This document shows positions 23,401-36,100 of a stretch of 46,478 bases of DNA, one piece after another. The translations under genes were made by a program, and so were the position numbers. The notes beneath the pieces are model-generated. The model did not search any database. It saw nothing but the letters and a program-made list of their open reading frames with translations, and was not told the DNA's origin. Position 1 is the stretch's first letter. Every line of letters begins with the position of its first letter. The stretch is from the NCBI GenBank assembly GCA_002633005.1, contig NMRA01000122.1, positions 227,908-274,385 of the forward strand, in the 5' to 3' direction. Origin of the DNA: Phoronis australis (Eukaryota; Animalia; Phoronida).

Positions 23401-26400
23401 TGATAGCCACGTATGATATTCAGTGGTTGCTTGAAGTTGTTTAGAGTAAATAGATTCCAGAATCTTGTCTACCTAGACACAGAAGAGCCGCCATTTTCAA
23501 AACACGTCCTTGGTCAAAGTTGACTATTTGGCACAAATTCAGGTAACCTCCAGATAAGTGAAAAAAGTCAGAATTTGGTTGGTAATGACATAATTTAACT
23601 GAAATTTCTGTAATCTAGAGTTCAAAAGCATTCTCATTCTTGTCCAAAATCACAATTTTGGGTCATTTTTTGACATGTCACATTTTTTCTAGTGGACGCA
23701 GAAAGGCAAAAACACATGGCTTTGTTGATTTCTTGATCTCTGACAAACCCCATAGATTCAGTTATGCCTTTTTAGGTGCCTTGATTAAGGGCGCAAACAA
23801 GGGCTATCATTGACCCAGACCAGTGATAACGTCAAAATCAGCCACTCAAACATTAGTCTTTGACCTAGCAATGGAGGGAATTGTAGTGTCCCCAGGAACG
23901 GAACAGGGATTAGAAGGACTCAGGCATAAAAATCCAAGTCTAATGCGATTAAATTATTAATGAATGAAAGGAACTTATTTTTTAAACCAAGGCAAAGTTG
24001 GTGACATATAAAAACTAAAAAGACTTAATGTTTGCTGGTCAGTTCTCAAGCAGAACATTTTATATCTTGAGAAATTACAAAATAAAACCGAAAGAGAGCA
24101 CCCAAATACAGAGAAATGGAAATTTCATATCAGCCCCGTCTTTCTGAAACATCTTACACACAACATAAAACACAGCCTTAAGCAACAATCCTTCAATTTT
24201 GAAAAAAAAAGAATTGCCAAAAATTTATAAATTTTAATTTCATTGTTGCAAATATTCTGAAAATTTACCAATCGTTATTTGACATTTGCAGTACAGCACT
24301 CGTTATGACATTGTTTTCTAAAAGTTTATTGTTGCTGAGAAATTTTGATGAAATAAAACTTTACTTTTCCACAATATTTACAAACTTTTATCACACTTTC
24401 AAAGAGAAAATGGCCAACCCTAAAACCCATTTACAAATTTCACACACATGATAGTTAGAAGCAATTCCCATTTCCCAATCCCATGCTGGCGGTTACCTTA
24501 GTACATCTGACTAGACTCCCATCAGATAAGACAATCTCATAGGCCACGCAAATGTGTTGGAACAAGCCATAGATATGTGATGAGGTCTCTATACCTGTAC
24601 CCATAACAAGCCCACCTGTAATAGAAGATAGCACCTGCTGATGGGAAAATATACTACTACTAATATACCATAAACATGTTTCTGGATAAAAAACATAGGA
24701 ACCGACTGTCGCATTTGTGATCTTTTGAAATAATTCACCATTTTACTAAAGACTAACACAGTGCTAATGAGGCCAAGAAGATATCTAAAGCTCCATGTAG
24801 CCGTGGCAGTGAATCTTGGACCAATCAATTACAAACGTTAACTCACTGTACCAATAAACAAACGTTTCCCCCAAAACATATTAAACAAATCAACACTGAT
24901 GGTGCTGCGCTGGGCTTTAAACACCCATGTCCCACTTCATTTTCATGCCTTTCCTCAAACAATGAATTGTTACACAAACCACATTTCACCATGTGGAGAA
25001 TTTCTTGCTTACACTGTTCTCTGCTCTCATTCCCTAAGCCCCAGAGGACTTTTATGATGCCTATTCAGCTCGTCCTTTGTATTGATCTAGATCTGATGAA
25101 GTGGAAATGTAATAGCTAGCACTACTTTCTTAACAATGGTGGTCCTTATTACACCCAAATTGTTTCTCTCTGGCATTTGTACACGAGTTAAAGCCTGCAA
25201 TGTAGAGAGCAGTTTTAACTTGGTACACTTTAAATCTAACAAAAAGACTTAAAAGTTAATTTGCGTTGATCTTGACAAAGGGCCACTTCCCAAAGGAACG
25301 TTGGTTTTAAATATGTTTCATACCTGTTTTCATTACTTTAATTTAATACTCCTGTCTACTTGTTTTTTTCTTACGGGTTATAGTTGCTATCTTTTTATTT
25401 TGTTTTTAAACAAAGTATCAAAACAACTTAGAAGTTTGATTGTGAACCCAAATTCCCTGAATTTTCCAGATTACAGCTACACCAAACATGTCACAGCAAA
25501 CAAAACTACATAACTATTCTAGCTTTTCCTCAGTCTAAAAAATGAAATCACAGCTCTTGCCCATTGACCAACCTCATCCACTGCTTGCACTCTCTCGTTG
25601 ACTACAAAGCTAGCCATCTTAGTTGTCTTCACAGCTGCAAGCTAACTATTGAAATTGGCACATATCCGCGAATAGCAGTTTTCTGGTTAGTGTACTTTAA
25701 CTTTTGAGTATAGTAGTTCGGCATGCGCTGAGCTATAAGGGATGTTTTAAAAGTTATTGACATCTACGGTAATTTAGTGACTGTGTGCTGTTTATAGATG
25801 TTTCAATGTAGTTAGTTGTATATTAAAAGAATAATCCACGTGATATTGTTAAGCGTTTGTAAATCAGCGAGTATATCAATGTGCACAGTCGTTTATCTTC
25901 AATCGTACCCAATGTTTGTAGCTTTTAGCTTTTAAATTCGATTTTTAAAAACCGAAAACCAAACTTGTTGTTTTTTCCATCTGAATACAGTTGCGGTGTT
26001 TGTTTTTAACGAAAACTGTTGGTTAATACATTTTGAAAACTCGCCAGTATGTACAGGCAGAGGTGTTTACTACAGTTTATGGTAGGGTAATTANATGACC
26101 GCATAATGCGTCCACATATAAATATGTGGGCGCATAAAAATGAAATCACAGCTCTTGCCCACCGACCAACCTCATCCACTGCTTGCACTCTCTCGTCGAC
26201 TACAAAGCTAGCCATCTTAGTTGTCTTCACAGCTGCAAGCTAACTATTGAAATTGGCACATATCCGCGAATAGCAGTTTTCTGGTTAGTGTACTTTAACT
26301 TCTGAGTATAGTAGTTTGGCATGCACTGAGCTATAAGGGATGTTTTAAAAGTTATTGACATCTACGGTAATTTAGTGACTGTGTGCTGTTTATAGATGTT

Positions 26401-29400
26401 TCAATGTAGTTAGTTGTATATTAAAAGAATAATCCACGTGATATTGTTAAGCGTTTGTAAATCAGCGAGTATATCAATGTGCACAGTCGTTTATCTTCAA
26501 TCGTACCCAATGTTTGTAGCTTTTAGCTTTTAAATTCGATTTTTAAAAACCGAAAACCAAACTTGTTGTTTTTTCCATCTGAATACAGTTGCGGTGTTTG
26601 TTTTTAACGAAAACTGTTGGTTAATACATTTTGAAAACTCGCCAGTATGTACAGGCAGAGGTGTTTACTACAGTTTATGGTAGGGTAATTACACTTAATT
26701 GGGTCTTGCTCACACCGGACAATGCAGTCATCGCAACTGAGTCTGACTCTGGCGTCGCGCTCTCTTTGATCCCGCTAAAAGCCGCTCAGAAGGACGAGCG
26801 GTGAAAAGTCAGGCATATTTTTAGAAATGCGTGTAAGCGTATTAGTCACAGCATGCTGTTAAGTGAGGGAGAGAGAGAGGGGGAGACAATAATTTTCAAA
26901 CAAGCTGCAGATCAGTACAAACAGCAAAAGAGGAAGTGAAGACACAAAGATTAAACAAATAACCTTTGTCATGCGTGATGCTGCAGCGAGAAATCAAACG
27001 GAGTCATGCTCAACATCATTAATTAAACTCCCACTTCATTTTTTCTCAGCAAATCCTCTTAGAGTCTAATAGAGCACACAGTAGGCATTTGACAATCCTG
27101 AAAAGAGGGGAGATTGAAAAAAGTCTAAAGCCAGTTTTAAAGGTCATTGACTGAAAACTTGCGGTTAAATTAACTGTTAATATTGTTTTTTTTTTATTTT
27201 TGCTGTTTAAGCAATCACTGCGAATTCCAAGATAATGACTAAGGTCAAGGAATATTTTTCCATGTTTATTTTTATGAATATTTACAATTCACATGAAATA
27301 ATATCACACGTTACAATATTGTTTCAGTGTATAAGTACAGCACTCCACGCTTAGCTAAACGTCAGGTTGCATTCAGCAACCCAACAAAAATCCCAGGTGT
27401 CCAAAAGTGAAAATCTCCGGCACTAATATATTTTAAGGTCCCTATTTATCCCTAAACTTTCAGCAACCAAAAAAATCCTCGGACATCCCATTCTCCTTCT
27501 GCCTTTCTTAATTTCGCCCGTACATCTGTGTACGGTCATTCTTTAACTCCACTAACTCAATTACTCCTCCCACCAAAAAAACGGAACAATTGTGAATCAA
27601 AGGTAGTAAATCTGGGAAAACTTTTAGTAATTTAAAGTTTGGAAGACAACATGTACCTTGGAATGAATTCAGAGGGAATTATTGTCAGACTTTAATACTC
27701 GCAGTGGCGACCTCGTGGCGACTTGGAATTTTTCCCAGGTTGCCAAACACAATCTGGTCACCAAATCGAGTGCTAAAGTACATTATTTACAGTTAGCAAC
27801 AAGTACCACATTTTCTTCAGAAACATTTGGAAATTTAAGATCTGCTGAGCAATTTTGTTGTGTAAATATATAAATTTTCATCTAATATGATCAATTTGCA
27901 AGATGTTTGTTTCAACCATTCAGCAAACAGGAGAACAGTGTGAGACAGCGTTCCCAAAACAGATAACGAAAGGTTTCACTTTGATCTACACAAAAAGAAC
28001 ACAAATCATTTATTTTTTAGATCAATTTTATTCAAATAATTATTGGTTGGGCAATATTCTGTGAATTGGGCAGTATTGAAACCAATGTTATTTTGCTTTT
28101 TCTACAACTGTCCTCGTCACCAATCAGGACCATGCAATTATAGAATTTTTCACAAAAAACGCACAAAACACCCCAACTCCTGAAAGTGTACACAAACAGG
28201 GACTTCGACAGCTTACAGGAAAGGCGACTGAAAGAGAAAATGTTATGAGGGGACAATTCCTCCGGGTTGTCACATGAGGTGAAAGTGATCCTAAACTCAA
28301 AGAGCATTTCTGATCCAAGGGGATTTCTGGGTCTAGGAAGGGGAATTCCGTTTGATTTTTAAATGTTTTTCTGAGAAGAAAGAAGCCCATAAAAAATCAA
28401 TGCATTGAGGGCTTTGACAGAAGTGGGAATATTTTTGTACGATGATAATTTATTTAAGAAAATTGTATGTTAACATCTGCTCTTATGAAACTGCCTGGAT
28501 GTTGGAAGTTTCAGTGAGGCATATCTGTCATACTCTGCATGTGGATAAACTGAAGTATCCATTTACGAGTCACGATTTGAAACGATGACAACTCATATCC
28601 ATTCTATTTAACACCCAAGGCATTTCAATTGAGGAACTAAAAATCAGAGTATGAGTGTTAAAGCCACATGCAAACAGCCCATCTTCAAACGGCCATTGTT
28701 TTTGGCTTGTTTCTTGTGGTGTAAACCTTATATTTTACATAGAATTAGCCTTCCCAATTGCACATGATAACACTATCCACTGAATGAAGTTCACCATTTG
28801 TTTGAATGCGGAGCTTTAACGTCACTACCTAGGGTTCGTTTGAGTTAGAAGTTCGTGACTTCGGCTCAAATCTATTTTTCACTACATTGGGCTTCAATTT
28901 GAGTTCATCGGTGCATGGAGATCAAAAACTTAGTTGTTAGAAGGTTTTTAGCCTAACGTTAGCAATAACTCGAACTGATACAATCAATTAGTAGGTAATA
29001 TGGTGGTCTGAGCCTCTGGGTCAGCATGGGTTACCCACAATGAGTACGGTACATTAACAGTACTTCTAGGGTCAGAGCCTCTGGGTCAGCCTGCTTATAC
29101 CTACAATATGTATTCACCAATAGCACTACAGTGGTCTGAACCTCTGCCAGTCGGCCCGAGTTAACCACAGTGAGTACACATACTCACCAACAGTAATTTG
29201 ATGGCCTGACCCTCTGTCTCAGCCTCATTGTCCATAATTAGTACATATGTACTCACCAACAGTAAGATCATCCAACTCTGGCACAATAGGTAAAGTCCAG
29301 CCCAGAGGAACCAACGCATGAGTAATCTGACCCATATTGACCATTGGCTCCACTCGTACCACCTGGCGGTCTGTATCAATGTCCAGAATGTCCATCAGGT

Positions 29401-32400
29401 TGATGTGGATGTTTCTGCAAGTGTCTTTGTAAACACCCTGTCTAAAACTGACTGTCATCCATCCAGGCCGAGACGTACACATGGTGTTCTTGCACCCATC
29501 TTCTCGCCATCTGCGGACCTGAGGTTATGAAGAGAGTCATGAGAAGACAACAAGAGAAAAGCACAGTGTTTATATATAACTACCGCGTGCATGGATACAG
29601 TGAGCACAGTGTTTATATATAACTACCGCGTGCATGGATACAGTGAGCACAGTGTTTATATATAACTACTGCGTGCATGGATACAGCGCAGATACAAGAG
29701 TTGATCATTATATTAAACATTGTTAGTACACATAATCACGTAATACCTTCTAGGCTGGTGCAAACCTAGTCAGAAATGTTATGGTAGGAATACACCTGAC
29801 ATTTTCTGTAGTGATTCTTCAAGATGATTACGAGGACAGAGATGCAATAAACCACAAATGACACAAAAATAACAGAAATGTCACAAGGAGGCGTAATGGA
29901 GGTTAAATCTATCTCAGTGAGACACGCCACGAGTATTGTCTACGTGCTGATACCCCATTTTGCAAAATTTCAAAACAACAAAAAAATTCCCATAACAATT
30001 GGAGCAGTTCAAAAAGCATTTTCATTCATGCACTTCATAAGAAGAATGTGCATGCATCAAGTGGTTTTGGAGATAGATCAGTAGACGCCATACGGACGAG
30101 GACGACAGGTAATGCACCCACATATATGGATGCATAAAAATATACAATAACACAAGACGTGGCACTGACGCTTCTATGACAGAGCTTGCAACTTTTTACT
30201 AAATGGTGTTCCCTCGGTGATACTCATTCATCCACGAGGGGGGGCTCGACTGCCGTGGGTTATGCCTCCCTTAGGGTTCATCAAAAGCCCACTTCTGTTG
30301 AACTTCAACCTTGGCTTAAATAGCCCCTCTGTTCAATGTTCTCTTAGTGTAAGTCATTTCACACACCCCTTCTCGCCCCTCCCATCACCAACAATTTCGC
30401 ATTCAACTGTTTCCCCCCAGTTGAAAAATGCAGACACCTTCAATAAGGGAAAGAGCACCGGTGAGCAAAGAGTTAAGATCAAAAACATTTCAAATACAAG
30501 GTGTGGAAAGCTAACCTAAACTTTCCACTTAAATTTGCTGAGGCTGGCATAACAGCATATCATATATAGTAAAAAAGAAAAACATTTTGCCACTGGGATA
30601 TTGTATGATTTTCCGAAGATCGCTTATGACCTTTTTGTAAATATTGACAGCATCAAACAGACATTTTGCATTCATGTTCATGGATATGTCCCAGTTATAG
30701 TTCATGGCTGTTGTCACCGACAACCACCTCTGCTTCCTAATCCCCAAACAAAAGAAGTCCAAAATCAGTAACTCACCATTTCAGTGGAGAATTTCTAGCT
30801 TACACTGGTCACCCCTCAGATTCCCTCAACCCCAGACAGCTTTTACGATGCCTATTCAACACGCCCTTTGTATTAATGTAGATCTGAGCTAATGAAGTGG
30901 AAAGGTAGCTAGCATTACTGTCTCAACAATGATGGTTGTTGTTTACACCCAAATTGGTTTTCTCTGGCATTTGCATGGAGTTAGGGCCTGCAACTGTGGA
31001 GAGTGGTTTTAACTAATAGTGCATTTTAAATATTACAAAATGACTAAAAAAGTAAATTGTGTTTATCTTGACCAAGGGCCACTTCCCAAAGGAACGATGG
31101 TTTTAAATATTTTTGTTATTTCATTTTCAATACTCCTGTGTACTTTTTTTCTTACAGGGAACAGGTTGATATATCTTTTTATTTTATTTTCATACTTGAA
31201 GTATCAAAACAGTGGTAGATTTTGATCACCACGGAAACTTAATCAATTTAATTAATCATTTGTTCACATTTAATTTTATTAGAACGCAATTCATAAAATA
31301 CATAAAAAGTACAAATATGATGATAGCCATGCAAACTGAAAATTTGGAATCTCTGGAAATTTCGGTTGCACTGACTACATAACTATGCTAGCTTATTGTC
31401 AGTCATAAAAAACGAAGAGTGCGCACAAGTTAAAAACAACTGTTTCCTAGTCAAAAATCTGGTTAAACGAGATTGAAAGACTATTAAAAGAATAATCCAG
31501 GTCATATCATTAACTCTGCTCAGCGTTTGAAAATCCACCGAGTAAATCAATACCCACGGTCGTTTATCTTCAATTGCATCATATGGTTGTAGTTTTAGCT
31601 TAAGTTCATCAATTTTTAAAAATTGAAAACCTTATTTGGTTGCTTTTTCCAGCTGAATACCGCCGTGGTTTAGTTTATTTTTAACGAGAATCGTTGGTTA
31701 ATGCATTTTGAAAATTCCCCAGTGTGTACAGGTAGAGATGTTTACTACAGTTTATGGTCAGGTAATTACACTTAATTGGGCCTTGATGGCACCCGGACAA
31801 TGCGGTCAACACTTACTGTATCCGACTCTAGACGCCACGCTCTCTTTGATCCTCAGGTAAAAGTTGCTCAGGAGGACAAGCGGTGAAAATTCTGCACTTA
31901 GAAAGGTGACATCACGGTATGTTTTAAAACTTCATACGGCAAGTGATATGATATCATATCCCCTGGTGAAATTGTGTGAAATTGGCGAGTTACCGGTTTT
32001 GGGAACTGAACAAGGGACAGCTCAAATAAAAAGTTTGATAACAGGAGTAGGCCTATTTGTTCGAGTTGGAAGAAATTGAAATACATCGAGGACTACCTAA
32101 GGTGTTCCTCTATGCGCAAAAGGTATTTATTACGTGACTTTGATGTTTTAGGCAGTGCGAGGCATAATTCGCCAAAAACTTTACAGCGTATGAAGCGCCT
32201 AAAGCCCTAAAGGAGCTCCACCGTCACTATTTGTATGGCACCGCCAGTAGAGACGGTGGTCACTGACTATGCTCGCCTATCCCCACCCACGAATCTGGTA
32301 ACAAGCACAATTAACAAAGTCCCGAAAAACACGCGGTTACCACTCTGGCGGATAGCTTTTCCACGATAGATTATCAAACTAAATACTTTAATTCAAGTTG

Positions 32401-32658
32401 GACTGAAACTACCTGTCGTTGAACATCCTTTACGCGATTATCATGTTCTTTCGGAGCGCTACGAAGCTTGAAGACAATCCAGTTTCTGAAGAAGTGAAAG
32501 GCGTCATAGGCGACGGACAGCGGGAGTAGAAACAAACACACAAACACCCATCTATGTTGAATAATAACGTATTCTAAGCCTCTATACCTGGCCCAAGAGA
32601 CAACAGACAATAAGGCAGGAATAACTATATAATAAACGAGATTTGACACCTCAGCCAT
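17256..32658 (-). CDS. DHCR24: Delta(24)-sterol reductase (seladin-1), 8 exons, ~521 aa
   Basis: complement(join(32413..32658,29257..29518,24497..24615,22521..22787,20435..20575,18848..19045,18149..18327,17256..17409)), 1566 nt, all GT-AG. Motifs: [102 protein letters not shown]. Confidence 0.97.
18149..18327 (-). CDS. DHCR24: DHCR24 exon 7
   Basis: tttcag | MYPLWLCPF...FVRDVK | gtaagc. Confidence 0.95.
18848..19045 (-). CDS. DHCR24: DHCR24 exon 6
   Basis: ccgtag | [13 protein letters not shown]...FENEIK | gtaagt. Confidence 0.95.
20435..20575 (-). CDS. DHCR24: DHCR24 exon 5
   Basis: attcag | [13 protein letters not shown]...IFWQIQ | gtgagt. Confidence 0.95.
22521..22787 (-). CDS. DHCR24: DHCR24 exon 4
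   Basis: ccacag | [12 protein letters not shown]...EAEPGK | gtataa. Confidence 0.95.
24497..24615 (-). CDS. DHCR24: DHCR24 exon 3
   Basis: ttacag | [12 protein letters not shown]...LVRCTK | gtaacc. Confidence 0.95.
25025..26815. repeat. Interspersed repeat family B, copy 1 (contains a ~557-bp near-identical duplication around a single N)
   Basis: Collinear, diverged similarity to 30815-31895 along its length, e.g. GATGCCTATTCA, GGGCCACTTCCCAAAGGAACG, GGTAATTACACTTAATTGGG, GCGGTGAAAA. Confidence 0.8.
29000..29265. repeat. Degenerate ~65-70-bp tandem repeat (4 units) overlapping the DHCR24 exon 2 donor
   Basis: Recurrent GGTCTGAGCCTCTG...CACCAACAGTA blocks; TACTCACCAACAGTAA is exact at 29181 and 29250. 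Confidence 0.7.
29257..29518 (-). CDS. DHCR24: DHCR24 exon 2
   Basis: cctcag | VRRWREDG...PELDDLTV | gtgagt. Confidence 0.95.
29560..29686. repeat. 43-bp tandem repeat x3
   Basis: Unit AGCACAGTGTTTATATATAACTACCGCGTGCATGGATACAGTG. Confidence 0.92.
29694..30140. mobile_element. Possible Helentron-associated (HINE/DINE-like) non-autonomous element; left boundary uncertain
   Basis: GACG-type microrepeat, then terminal hairpin TGCACCCACATATATGGATGCA and TAAAAA. A related hairpin end occurs at 26108-26140. Confidence 0.35.
30815..31895. repeat. Interspersed repeat family B, copy 2
   Basis: Same orientation and shared blocks with 25025-26815. Confidence 0.8.
31920..32265. mobile_element. MITE family A, right half
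   Basis: Homologous to 3156-3452; ends TAGAGACGGTGGTCACTG. Confidence 0.72.
32413..32658 (-). CDS. DHCR24: DHCR24 exon 1
   Basis: MAEVSN...RVKDVQRQ | gtagtt; N-terminal hydrophobic anchor. Confidence 0.95.
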
Positions 32659-33042
32659 CTCCGCTGATCACCAACCGGGAATGACAGCTCCCGTGCAAAA
32701 CGCCGTATCGAACCATAGGGGGTTAATCTAAGTAGGTCAAAGACCACAGGTTAAAGGTTGATGTAGAAAAGTATAAATTACATAAGTGAAAGGAGCTGCT
32801 ATAAAAATCATATTCATTATAAATTAAGATTAAGACTATGTGTCATTATACTAATATTATATTTCAACATAATTTTTGTGGATAAATACTGCATAACATT
32901 TTACTGGATAAAATTATAATAATTTGTTTTCTTCTTTAAATTTCCTCTGTTATAGTTACCCTGTTTCCCGCCTTTCTAAACACATGTGCCCAGATTTGTT
33001 GACGTTTTGCAGCGAATTTGTCTTTACAAGTCTTGCTTTAAA
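32659..33042. promoter_or_regulatory. Divergent (bidirectional) promoter region DHCR24/UHRF1
   Basis: 384 bp between start codons. E2F-type TTTCCCGC at 32964; AGGTCA half site with AT-rich 5' extension (TAAGTAGGTCA, 32729-32739) followed by DR1-like repeats up to 32760. Confidence 0.7.
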
Positions 33043-33195
33043 ATGTGGATTCAGGTTCGCTCCTTCGATGGCAAGACATCAGTGCGAATCGACAATCTTT
33101 CAAAACTAACAAAAATTGAAGAACTGCGTGAAAAACTGACCGATGCTTTTGAGGCTCCACCGGAAAGGCAAAAATTGTATTACCGCGGAAAGCAG
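33043..33195 (+). CDS. UHRF1: UHRF1 exon 1
   Basis: MWIQVRSFDG...YYRGKQ | gtgggt. Confidence 0.95.
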
Positions 33196-36100
33196 GTGGG
33201 TCAAAATATTTGAGATACAGTTCATTAGCAGGTGATTAGACACTTTGTAACGGCTGTGCTCTCTGTCTAATTGACGATCATTTGGTAAAAGCAATATATT
33301 TGCATTGTACTGTAGGTCAAGCACATCTGCCACATCTACAAAAATTCACGCATTGTCATTGACCCTGACCTGAGACCTTGGCCTTTTGCCTTAAAGTACA
33401 AAGCATAGCCATGGCATAGTCTCTGAACAAATGTGTCCTTGTTGTGAATAAGACGGGGAGGAGGGGATTCACGGTTAGGCAACTGCATCTCTTGGGCACT
33501 GCTCAGATATAGTGGTCCCGATTTTGAGAACCAGGCAAGCACTGAATCAAACACCCGCAATGGTATGAGTATTCCGATTAAAAGACTGACCACCGTCTCT
33601 AGTTGAACTACAGACGGTGGAGCTCTATAGGCGCTGCATATGCCGGAAGCTTTTCGGCAAATTATGCCTTGCACTGACTAAGACTAAAAAGATCAAAGAA
33701 AGTCACGTTGTTATAAATACCTTTTACGCATAAAGGGACACCTTAGGAGGCCGTCGATGTATTTAATTCCTTCCAACTCGAACAAATACTCCCGTTACCA
33801 AATTGTTTCTTCGAGCAGCCCCTCGTTCAGTTCCCAAAATTGATAACATTTTTAACACTGCGCGGCAGTACGTGGTATGGCGTCATATCTCCTGGCGTGC
33901 GCAGTGTTAAAATGGTGAATGAGGGACTACTGGAAAAAAAAGATTGATAACGGGAGTATTTGTTTAAGATGGAAGGAATTAAATACATCGATGGCCTCCT
34001 AAGGTATCCTTCTATGCGCAAAAGGTATTTATAACAACGTGATTTGATGTTTTAGTCAATGCGAGACGTATTTTGCCGAAAAGCTTCCGGCGTATGAAAC
34101 GCCTATACAAGCTCCTACTGGCGGTCCAGTAGAACAGTGTAATCGAGCATGAAAATTTCTTGTAATGGGCCCATTATTCATCACTTGGATTAAGGCGTCC
34201 ACAGGCAATGGCTTTTCCCCATGAAAATTTACTAACATTTCAAAATATGTAGTGAATAACATCGAATGAGGGCATGCGGTTACACAGGTGATGCTCCCAT
34301 AGGGCCTTCTTACGCCAGTAGCTTTTCAGCGAAAAATGCCTCGCACTAATTAAGCCATTGAAGTCATATCGCTATAAGTTCCTTTTGTGCATAGAGGGTT
34401 AGGCACTTGTAGTCAAACTTTTTTCGATCATTCCTTTGTACAGATCCCGAAATTGGCAACTGGCCATTTTTACACTGCTCGGGCCAGATCTTGCTTCATA
34501 TACATAATGGACTTTGAAGTTAGTGTTTTGTGTCAATTTATTCACAGTGGGTAATCCGTCCAGTGACGTCATCAAAATTAACCTTGTCACTTACTGCTGA
34601 CGTGATGCAGCGTCTCCCTGTAAGTGGACACTTAATCACTGGCGGGTGTCAGGTTCACTCTTGATGATGTCTCTAGCCACCAGTTCTATCCCTTGTTGCC
34701 ACTCCCTGAATATGCAGATCAGTACATTCACGATGATCTTCAGATGCCATGATATACTGTAGGTGGCAGCACAAGCTAGCCACTATGGCAAATGTTGCCG
34801 TGTACATGCCAAAGGATTTTCTATTAATTGTACTTAAACTCAGCTGAACCATCAAAGTCATGTCTATAATTACCATTCGAGGATAGAGGGACATCTGAGG
34901 AGGTTGTCTATGTCGTGGATTCCTCCTAACTCTGGCAAATACTGTTGGAGTCCTTATAGACACACTGAAGAGTGCAGTTGGCTCTTGTAACACAAATTTG
35001 CATTTAAATCTTGTAAATCAAAAAGTATTACCTGAGGTTGGTGTGATGCCTGAATGAACTGAAGTACAGTATCAAGGCTAACTAACACATGAAAATTGCT
35101 TAAATATCAATACATTCCACAGTCATGTCTTGTTTCCTATACCACATTAACAAAAGTACCTCTGCCTTTATGTTAATGCTATGATTTGAGATTTGATTGT
35201 AAAGCAACACCTTGAAAGAAATCCCAGTACGCTCGTATGGTGCTAATACACCTGGCTCGATTTGACAACTTAAGATTTTGTTTGGTGACCTGGTAATAAT
35301 TTGAAGTTGCTATGCACTCATCTGGGCACACACTCAAAATATTACAGAGTGTAAACAGAAGGATGGTAGAATCGTTTTGAAGTCAGAAGGTCCCGTTTAT
35401 GAGTCATGCACAGATAAGGTGTAGGTTGCTGATCATGTGTTTTTGGAGTTCAGAAGTCTGTGGGATGTTAGACCTAAAGGGGGAAATTTTTAGTTACGGA
35501 GCACGTGAATCATTCCTGATAGATTTGAGGTCATAATATGAATGGGGTTATTAAAAACTGTAAGCGCTTTAGGTCACCAGTCCTGTCTTGCAAATCCATG
35601 TGGTTATTTGTCGCATCGCAGTCTTCAGATGTTGCAGGTCTGTGTGCTGTCAGATACTTAGTTGATCGAAAGAGGCATGGAACGCGTGTTATTCGTAGCT
35701 GTTTGAATTAAAAGGTGATTCTCGCGGTGACATAGATAAAAGCAAACCAATACACCTAACAGTTCGTTATATCTGACAATTTATGGCAAGAGTGGGGTCA
35801 GAGCAATGTTCTTAATATGCTGTAGGATCTAAATTTACAAGTGTTACCGTTCAAGATAGGTTTTAACATTGGCCAGTCATAGTTATGCTGATATAGGAAA
35901 TGCATGGCCTTTTCGGTTCAGTAAGCTTAATATTTCTGGGCTGTATAATAATAGACTTGAATTCAGGGTTCTCCATTTGACTTGATTTTTATGAGGGTTC
36001 GATGTTTTTGTAATGAAGCCTTTTTGCTTGATGTGCATGCAGATGTTCTCTCAAAACATGGTCGTCATGAATTTGGGAGGATGTGATCGCAATAACATCA

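Noticed and set aside
25537-26692. ~557-bp near-identical tandem duplication
   Set aside because: The two copies meet at a single N (26094) and differ by a few SNPs; most likely an unmerged haplotype/contig overlap rather than biology.
32667-32675. SREBP site (ATCACCAAC) next to the DHCR24 ATG
   Set aside because: Poor match to ATCACCCCAC and likely inside the 5' UTR; chance occurrence is plausible.
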